Below, one piece after another: positions 58,067-64,000 of a stretch of 64,000 nt of DNA. The stretch is taken from positions 265,757-329,756 of the forward strand of contig CAWEYR010000024.1 in NCBI GenBank assembly GCA_963813345.1, read 5' to 3'. Below the pieces are notes generated by a model. The model was given only the letters and a program-made list of their open reading frames with translations, was not told the DNA's origin and did not search any database. The translations under genes were made by a program, and so were the position numbers. The stretch's first letter is position 1. The number at the start of each line of letters is the position of its first letter. This DNA comes from an uncultured Acidobacteriota bacterium (GTDB lineage: Bacteria; Acidobacteriota; Blastocatellia; RBC074).

Positions 58067-59149
58067 CTAGCCAGAGGTTGCCACTGGGACCGCTGAAGAT
58101 TCCGCCTGAAGGCGGTACAACGTACTAAGAGATTGTTTGTAGTCGGGGCGGGCTACGCCGAGCTCAGTGATGATCGCAGTCACGTATCGGTTTGGAGTGA
58201 CGTCGAAGGCGGGATTGGCGATCACAATGCCCGCGGGAGCAAGTTGAACGCCACCGACATGTGTTACTTCGTCACTGTGACGTTCTTCGATCGGGATTTC
58301 ATCCCCGGATGCAATCGAGAGATCTAAGGTCGAAATAGGCGCTGCGACATAAAAGGGTATCCCGTTCTCTTTGGCAAGCACCGCAACCGAGTAAGTTCCG
58401 ATCTTGTTTGCAACGTCGCCGTTAGCGGCTATCCGGTCAGCACCGACGATGACGCAATCAACCTCTCCCTGCTTCATGAAGTGGCCGGCCATGCTGTCGG
58501 TGATCAGAGTCACCGGAATTCCATCCTTGGAAAGTTCCCAGGCCGTAAGCCTGGCACCCTGCAGGAAAGGCCGTGTCTCATCGGCAAGAACAGCTACACT
58601 CTTGCCGGCTTCGACCGCCGCGCGAATTACGCCGAGCGCCGTACCATAGCCAGCGGTTGCGAGGGCTCCTGCGTTGCAATGCGTCAGTACGCGTGCCCCG
58701 TCGTCAATCAGGTCAGCTCCGAACTGCCCCATTCGCTGATTGATGTCAACGTCCTCGGTGTGCATCCGCTTTGCTTCGTCTATCAAGCGCTGACGAATCG
58801 ATGTCAGCGGCAGCTGCTCATTTCGGAGTTTCGTAAAGAGCGTCTTCATTCGCTCGATAGCCCAGAAAAGGTTGACCGCGGTAGGACGAGTCGATGCGAG
58901 CAGATCGCAGATACTGTCGAACTCGATCTCAAAAGCGTCCGGATCGTCTGTCTTTATGTCGCGCGCGCCGAGTGCGACACCCATTGCGGCGGCGATACCG
59001 ATCGCTGGAGCGCCGCGAATCACCATGTCTTTGATTGCCCCGGCAACATCTTCATAGGTTCGAAAAACCGGGTAGAGTTCCTGTGTCGGGAGGCGGCGCT
59101 GATCGATCATCACAACGCCTTCGTCTGTCCAGTAAAGTGTCTTTATCAT
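58067..59149 (-). CDS. mtnA: S-methyl-5-thioribose-1-phosphate isomerase (eIF-2B alpha/beta/delta family)
   Basis: The 404-aa ORF was trimmed to [21 protein letters not shown]. Motifs [23 protein letters not shown] and [21 protein letters not shown]. The last ~12 aa ([11 protein letters not shown]) are encoded by a REP copy. Confidence 0.85.
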   Translation of the reverse strand: MIKTLYWTDEGVVMIDQRRLPTQELYPVFRTYEDVAGAIKDMVIRGAPAIGIAAAMGVALGARDIKTDDPDAFEIEFDSICDLLASTRPTAVNLFWAIERMKTLFTKLRNEQLPLTSIRQRLIDEAKRMHTEDVDINQRMGQFGADLIDDGARVLTHCNAGALATAGYGTALGVIRAAVEAGKSVAVLADETRPFLQGARLTAWELSKDGIPVTLITDSMAGHFMKQGEVDCVIVGADRIAANGDVANKIGTYSVAVLAKENGIPFYVAAPISTLDLSIASGDEIPIEERHSDEVTHVGGVQLAPAGIVIANPAFDVTPNRYVTAIITELGVARPDYKQSLSTLYRLQAESSAVPVATSG

Positions 59150-59194
59150 ATATGTTTTATCAAATGTCTCACGAGAAGCCGCGAAGAATTTGTC

Positions 59195-59290
59195 GAAGAT
59201 ATAAGATCTGTCATTTGAGATTGAGTCTTTGTCTTCGCGTACTTCGCGGCTTCGCATGCAAATCTCAATCTCAAATCTCAAATGACAAAT
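59195..59290. repeat. AT-rich palindromic (TTTGAGA)n element, second copy
   Basis: atttgagattgag ... ctcaatctcaaatctcaaat. Located in the mtnA upstream / anti-sigma downstream region. Confidence 0.75.
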
Positions 59291-59298
59291 GAAATGCT

Positions 59299-60126
59299 TT
59301 ACAACGAACCCACAAGATACAACTGCCCTGTAGGCTGCTCCGAGCCGCCCCGAGGTTCGAGCGTCAGTCCCGCGGCCGCTACATTCGCAGCAATATCGGA
59401 CGGAAGCTCAAGCGTCAAACGTGCCTGGTCGAGGTTGACCGAATCGAGCAGGGCAGCGCTGACTTTTCGCTGATCTTTAGTGATGTACCAGAACTGATAC
59501 TGCTTATCCGTCGGAGCCGCAGGAAGGTTATAGAAAAAAATGACCCACTGCTGCCTTCGCTTGTCCCAGAAGAGCTTGGCAGATGCCTGCGGTGACACCG
59601 CTCCGCCGCTCAGCGCCACCATCTGGGCAGCTCTCGCTACGATCTGATCCATCTCAGCCTTCCGGGCCAGAAACTCCTGTTCCTTCGTGCGCAATTCACC
59701 AGTCAGCCTGCCTACCTCAGCTTCGAGCTTCCTGTTGTCGCGATAGAGAAAAGCGCTCGCGATCGCCAGAATCAAGGCTGCCGCCAGCGGCAGGAGATAC
59801 CACACCGGCTTTGACCGCGTACCGACGTCGCGCGATCCAATAGTAGTCCGTGCCCCTTCCTGCGCTTCACGCGATATCCGTCGCATGAGCTCTGCCTTGA
59901 GTGCAGGATCAGGCGATGCCGGATCGAGCCCGAGCGGCAGTTGCGCGGCGGTCTCGTTCCATGCCTCGAGCTCGGCTTCGATTTCACGGCGCGCTTCAGG
60001 GTCTGCATTCTCAATGCGCCGCTTGAAGGCGTGAGCGGTTACTGCATCCAGTGCACCAATGGCATAGAGCGGAGCCATTTCATCGGCCTCAGCTTTGGTG
60101 ACTGGTCTTTGTGTCTCGTCGTCCAC
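59299..60126 (-). CDS. anti-sigma-K factor (RskA family), single TM
   Basis: 275 aa. N-terminal LYAIGALD-type anti-sigma segment, a TM helix ([20 protein letters not shown]), and the C-terminal RskA domain ([25 protein letters not shown]...[12 protein letters not shown]). Confidence 0.65.
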   Translation of the reverse strand: MDDETQRPVTKAEADEMAPLYAIGALDAVTAHAFKRRIENADPEARREIEAELEAWNETAAQLPLGLDPASPDPALKAELMRRISREAQEGARTTIGSRDVGTRSKPVWYLLPLAAALILAIASAFLYRDNRKLEAEVGRLTGELRTKEQEFLARKAEMDQIVARAAQMVALSGGAVSPQASAKLFWDKRRQQWVIFFYNLPAAPTDKQYQFWYITKDQRKVSAALLDSVNLDQARLTLELPSDIAANVAAAGLTLEPRGGSEQPTGQLYLVGSL

Positions 60127-60213
60127 CTTGTGTCTTCTACCCTCACTTGAGAGTACGCAAGTCCTGCAGTTTCAGATTCCTTCGTGACAATCGTGTGGTC
60201 TCTCAAACTCCAA

Positions 60214-60498
60214 TTACTTCAGTGTTCTCAAGAACGCCACAATGTACCAGCGCTGCTCGTCGGTGAACCGTACCCGATTCGCCGGCATCGGGGAGCGTCC
60301 ATTGGTGATCTTCCAGAAAAGCTCACCATCGCTATTCGCCTGTACGACTTTGCTCGCCAGATTGGTCGGCTTCGGCTTGAAGGTTTGTGACATGTAGCCG
60401 TTGCCATAACCCCTTTGGCCATGACAGTCGACACAGCGCTGATTGTAATAGTACTGGCCCAGTTTCGCGGCGTCCGGTTTATCCTTGAACGGATTCAC
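60214..60498 (-). CDS. c-type cytochrome domain (CxxCH); likely C-terminal part of a longer secreted protein whose N-terminus (signal peptide plus Pro/Ala-rich linker, up to ~60916) is frame-disrupted
   Basis: CVDCHG heme-binding motif, then GRSPMP (Met ligand). ORF 60725..60916, upstream on the minus strand, has a signal peptide (LITLVLCALLVCTASCSG). The interval between them encodes a Pro/Ala/Thr-rich low-complexity stretch in a shifted frame. Confidence 0.5.
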   Translation of the reverse strand: MNPFKDKPDAAKLGQYYYNQRCVDCHGQRGYGNGYMSQTFKPKPTNLASKVVQANSDGELFWKITNGRSPMPANRVRFTDEQRWYIVAFLRTLK

Positions 60499-60992
60499 AA
60501 GATCCGCTCGCCTCGGCCGCGGCCTGCCAGTGCTGCTTTATCTTGCCGTTCTCCATGATGATGCGGTGGTGTTGGACGCGGCGGCAGCGGATCACCAGGC
60601 GTCGGTGTTGGCTTGTAGGGCGTTCTGACCACGTTGGATAGCCCGCCACCACGACCCGCGCCTGCAGACGTGTCCGCCGAGCCTGGAACTGTAACCGATG
60701 GCGCTGCTGCCGCTGGTGTACCTGCTACGGGCGAAGGAGCAGCAATCGGAGATACGGGGGAACTGGCCGCAACCGGCGACGGTGAAGCCGGGAGAATTTC
60801 CCGGACTCTTTTACTACCGTGTCCTCACCTGAACAACTTGCCGTGCAAACAAGCAGGGCACACAGCACGAGCGTTATGAGTCCTGAGCCGTAGGCTCTTT
60901 TAGTACCGAATGACATATTACTCCAGAATGAAGCCTGTTACTGATTGGGCTTAAATTGAGATATTAGTAAGACCTGACACTTCGCACAAGCG

Positions 60993-61958
60993 TCAACTGG
61001 ACCAGGCGCAGGTCGAAAGTCCGGCGGCGGCGGCATAAGCAGAGAATGGAGAGGTGGGTTGCCCGCGCAATCCAAGTTGTTCCGGATCAAGCGAAGCGAC
61101 AGGCGCTTCAACAGCTTGAGTCAGGATTTCGCGAAAACGATTCCGGTCCCCAGCGTTTCCAATGACGAGCAGGCTTCCGATGCTTGCCGCCTCACCTCGA
61201 GGCACAATCCGATCCCGATAGAAGACCATCAGTCGAAAGAACTCGTCATCCTGTTCGTGGCTCGAGCAGACGACCTGACGGACAAGCACCGGTTCGCCTC
61301 GGCGGACGATTACTGTCACAAATCCGCGCTCGTTGAGGCTGACAAGGACCTGATCGCCATCGACGCGGCTCCGGACAAGCCATTGTGCCTCCGCCAGATA
61401 GTCCGGCATCGTTAAGCCGACCTGCCAGTCCAGCGCCTTGAAAATGCGTTCATACTGCTCCATCACGCGGCGATGGGCTGCTGTTACAAACCACTGACTT
61501 CCGCCCGGATGCGAACCAGCGAAACTAAGACGTCGTTTTGAGATCCGCAGCTCTTCAGATTTGAGCCCCACGCTTCTCTCGATTCTCCAGTCAAGCATCT
61601 GCGCGACTTCATTGTGTGACTCAGGAGGATGCTCAAAGTCGACTACAACACTCCGGACTGCGGTCTGAGGGAGTGCGACGGCGACGCGACGTAAACGCTC
61701 CAGACCAGCGCGGGAAATAAGCTGCTCGATTGACTGCAGGAATGCCGGTTCATCTGTGACGTTCGGCTGTGTGAATTCGGGTTGAACAAGACCGGCAGCC
61801 AGGCCAACTACCGACAGTCTCACAAGCTCGAACTCGCGTTGCCGGCGTTTGAGCGAAACGAGAGCCAGTTGCGATTCACCGATCGAGACCGCAGTCCGTG
61901 GATATGATGGCGTCGTGAGAAAATCCCAGGTGTCTGAGAGAACAGGAATTTGAGGCAT
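60993..61958 (-). CDS. PilM/GspL-like pilus or secretion assembly protein (actin-like fold), hypothetical
   Basis: 321 aa, cytoplasmic, immediately downstream of three pseudopilin genes. Only weak motif-level similarity, so the call rests mainly on context. Confidence 0.35.
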   Translation of the reverse strand: MPQIPVLSDTWDFLTTPSYPRTAVSIGESQLALVSLKRRQREFELVRLSVVGLAAGLVQPEFTQPNVTDEPAFLQSIEQLISRAGLERLRRVAVALPQTAVRSVVVDFEHPPESHNEVAQMLDWRIERSVGLKSEELRISKRRLSFAGSHPGGSQWFVTAAHRRVMEQYERIFKALDWQVGLTMPDYLAEAQWLVRSRVDGDQVLVSLNERGFVTVIVRRGEPVLVRQVVCSSHEQDDEFFRLMVFYRDRIVPRGEAASIGSLLVIGNAGDRNRFREILTQAVEAPVASLDPEQLGLRGQPTSPFSAYAAAAGLSTCAWSS

Positions 61959-61960
61959 GA

Positions 61961-62320
61961 TCAGTATTCACTATAAGCTTTTCCGGTAGAGTCAGCTCCT
62001 TCAGCACTGCTCTTGACGTCTTTTATACCGGGTGGAACGTCGGGGGACGTGGTCTCTGTCTCCATCTCGGTTCTCCACCCGTCGGACGTGTTGGCAACCG
62101 GGTCGATGGGGATGTTCCGCAGATATCCTGCACTCACCAGCTCGTCAAGTGTGGCCGGAGCTCGCTCTTTGTCCACTGTGTACTTATCGATTGCCCGGCG
62201 CATCTCATCGAGATTCTGCTTGAGTACGACTTCCTTGGCGCGCTTGATATGCGTGATATAGATCGGAATTGCGACTGCCAGAAGAATGGCAATCACCGTC
62301 ATCACGATCACAAGCTCCAT
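61961..62320 (-). CDS. type II secretion / type IV pilin-like pseudopilin (prepilin N-terminal methylation domain); true start probably upstream at a non-canonical codon (about 62347)
   Basis: ELVIVMTVIAILLAVAIP is a class-III signal hydrophobic helix. The upstream in-frame sequence reads LPRSRGFTLMELVIV back to a stop at 62357-62359, with no ATG/GTG/TTG. Confidence 0.6.
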   Translation of the reverse strand: MELVIVMTVIAILLAVAIPIYITHIKRAKEVVLKQNLDEMRRAIDKYTVDKERAPATLDELVSAGYLRNIPIDPVANTSDGWRTEMETETTSPDVPPGIKDVKSSAEGADSTGKAYSEY

Positions 62321-62395
62321 GAGCGTGAATCCGCGAGACCGCGGCAGCCCGATCGTTCAATTGTCTTAACCTGAGACTCTTACTCAACACACTTG

Positions 62396-62905
62396 CTACC
62401 AGTCCTTATACCGCGACCCGTTGAGCGCGGTTTGTTCACTCTGCGAGTAAACGTCGTACACATTCTGACTGCCCCAGGAGAACGAATCAGGTTCATCTTC
62501 ATCCGACCGCAGACCCCATTCGATGTTTCCCGTAAAGGGATCCACCGGGATTGCCCTCAAATAACGGATCGTCCTTTCCGAATTGGGAGGATGAATTCCT
62601 TCCACCAGTCGATCGAGCGTCGGCGGAAAACAGTTGTCGCCGACCCTGCGATCGAGCGGGCTTACAAGTCCTCTTTCGCAATCGAGTTTGTAGCGATCAA
62701 TTGCATCTCTCATCTGCTTGAGAGCGTACTTCAATTCCGTCTCCTTGCGTCTCCGGCCCTCATTCCGGGTAATCGGCATTGCGAGACCCACAAGAATTGC
62801 AAGAATCGCTAAAACCAGAATCAGCTCGAGAAACGAGAAACCCGAGACCCTTTCCCTCGACCTCGACGGCAATTTCAAGAGCTCTCGTTCCCGGGCTTTC
62901 CACAT
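62396..62905 (-). CDS. GspG-like pseudopilin (type II secretion system protein G family)
   Basis: 169 aa. Prepilin leader ...RVSGFSFLELILVLAILAILVGLA. The C-terminal GspG fold motif is RYLRAIPVDPFTG. Confidence 0.75.
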   Translation of the reverse strand: MWKARERELLKLPSRSRERVSGFSFLELILVLAILAILVGLAMPITRNEGRRRKETELKYALKQMRDAIDRYKLDCERGLVSPLDRRVGDNCFPPTLDRLVEGIHPPNSERTIRYLRAIPVDPFTGNIEWGLRSDEDEPDSFSWGSQNVYDVYSQSEQTALNGSRYKDW

Positions 62906-63373
62906 CTACCATTCCCTGTATTTCGTGCCGTTGAGCCCGGTATCAGTGCTCAGACTGTACACATCGAATACGTTCTTGCCACCCCAGGATTCGTTGTCAG
63001 GACTGTCCTGAATCGCCTTCTTACCCCATTCGGCTTTGCCAGTCATAGGATCCACAGGAATCCTTCGCAGATATCTGATCGTGATTTCCTTGTTTGGTGG
63101 ACGAATCCCCTCGACGAGTGTTTCGAGATCAGGCGGATAGCAGAGACTTCCCTCCTGCTGATCGAGTACTCCGACGAGTTTTCGATACTCACAATCGACG
63201 AAATAGGCATCAATCGCTTTGCGAATCGTCCGCAGATTCTGTCTGAGAACATACTCGCGCTCGCGCTTGATTGAATTCTTCATGTATGGAATCGCCGCAA
63301 CAGCGACTATCGAAAGAACTCCAAGCGTGATGATCAACTCAAGGAGCGTGAAGCCCCTTGAGCCCTTCTTCAA
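62906..63373 (-). CDS. GspG-like pseudopilin (paralog)
   Basis: 155 aa. Canonical leader MKKGSRGFTLLELIITLGVLSIVAVAAIP. C-terminal RYLRRIPVDPMTGKAEW. Confidence 0.8.
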   Translation of the reverse strand: MKKGSRGFTLLELIITLGVLSIVAVAAIPYMKNSIKREREYVLRQNLRTIRKAIDAYFVDCEYRKLVGVLDQQEGSLCYPPDLETLVEGIRPPNKEITIRYLRRIPVDPMTGKAEWGKKAIQDSPDNESWGGKNVFDVYSLSTDTGLNGTKYREW

Positions 63374-63425
63374 TTTCGTTTGATCCTGTACTTCCCACGC
63401 TTGAGTCCAAATTCACGTGAAGTGC

Positions 63426-64000
63426 CTATTTGACAACGGGCAGCTTGACGGCTGGTGCCACGAACTTGACCGCTGATCCCTCAGCGAGCTCAAAGCTTGA
63501 TTCGGCCTCATTCAACGTGATCTGCGAATCACCGACGGCAATCGGAACCAGCTCGACGATCAGGAGGCTTCCCGCTTCCGCCAGGGACTTCTTACCCGCA
63601 TCACTAATCGTGATCCGAAGCACGTCCTTCGTCACTTGATGGACAACACTTCCTTTATCACCCAGAAGCGTCCCCGGACGCACCGACGCCACTTTGAACC
63701 GGGTGCTGTCGAACTTGAGGGTCAACGTCCCCGAATTCAGCTGGCCGCGTCCTTTAGATGAAACCGCCAGAAGAATCGGCTGGTTCAACTGAGCGGTCGG
63801 TTGCTGTGGCGTCAAGGTCACTTCTACAGATACTGCGTTCTGAGAGCCAGCGGGACCTCCCTTGATGGCAGCTCGAGGCACAGCCGGAGTCGAAGCAGCA
63901 CTCTGGCCAGCGCTCTGGTTTTTCAGCTCATCGGGAACAGCGGCCGGCTGGTTTTGCATTCGGCGTCCTTCTTCGAATTCCTTAGCCGCCTGCTTTCGCC
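63426..64000 (-). CDS. hypothetical secreted protein, first gene of the pseudopilin cluster; N-terminus runs off the window
   Basis: ORF 63426..63959. The frame stays open upstream to the window edge. It has an Ala/Pro/Gln-rich N-terminal region then a beta-rich C-terminal domain. No recognisable family. Confidence 0.3.
   Translation of the reverse strand, partial: RKQAAKEFEEGRRMQNQPAAVPDELKNQSAGQSAASTPAVPRAAIKGGPAGSQNAVSVEVTLTPQQPTAQLNQPILLAVSSKGRGQLNSGTLTLKFDSTRFKVASVRPGTLLGDKGSVVHQVTKDVLRITISDAGKKSLAEAGSLLIVELVPIAVGDSQITLNEAESSFELAEGSAVKFVAPAVKLPVVK

Overview
This is a 64 kb chromosomal segment from a GC-rich bacterium (~58% GC). Gene content points to Acidobacteria or a Planctomycetes-like lineage: a PSCyt/PSD1 (DUF1549/DUF1553) protein with a DUF1501 partner, giant TonB-dependent-like outer-membrane proteins with carboxypeptidase-regulatory domains, Tat-signal oxidoreductases, and many GspG-like pseudopilins. 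Housekeeping genes and operons are clearly recognisable: gpmA, purH, argC-argB-argD-(GNAT)-argJ, eno, an M19 dipeptidase, hutU-hutI-hutH with hutG divergent, and mtnA. Between them lie envelope and transport genes: an ABC-2 transporter, a TolC-like protein, a BamB-like beta-propeller, FG-GAP and flotillin/NfeD/DUF350 proteins, an AMP-ligase-ACP-acyltransferase fusion, and a T2SS/type-IV-pilus-like cluster. Four things stand out. (1) An IS110-family element (~1.6 kb) is inserted inside a REP-like palindrome, and both halves of that palindrome can still be read on either side. Its long 3' non-coding end is a candidate bridge-RNA region. (2) There are at least five distinct families of long intergenic palindromic (REP-like) elements, some running into or fusing ORFs. 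(3) A perfect 47-bp inverted repeat sits upstream of the acyl-ligase gene. (4) At least 15 genes carry frameshifts or an in-frame stop. These are mostly outer-membrane or transport genes, but purH and hutI are also affected, so either the assembly is error-prone or this is genuine pseudogenisation. No rRNA, tRNA or CRISPR array was recognised.
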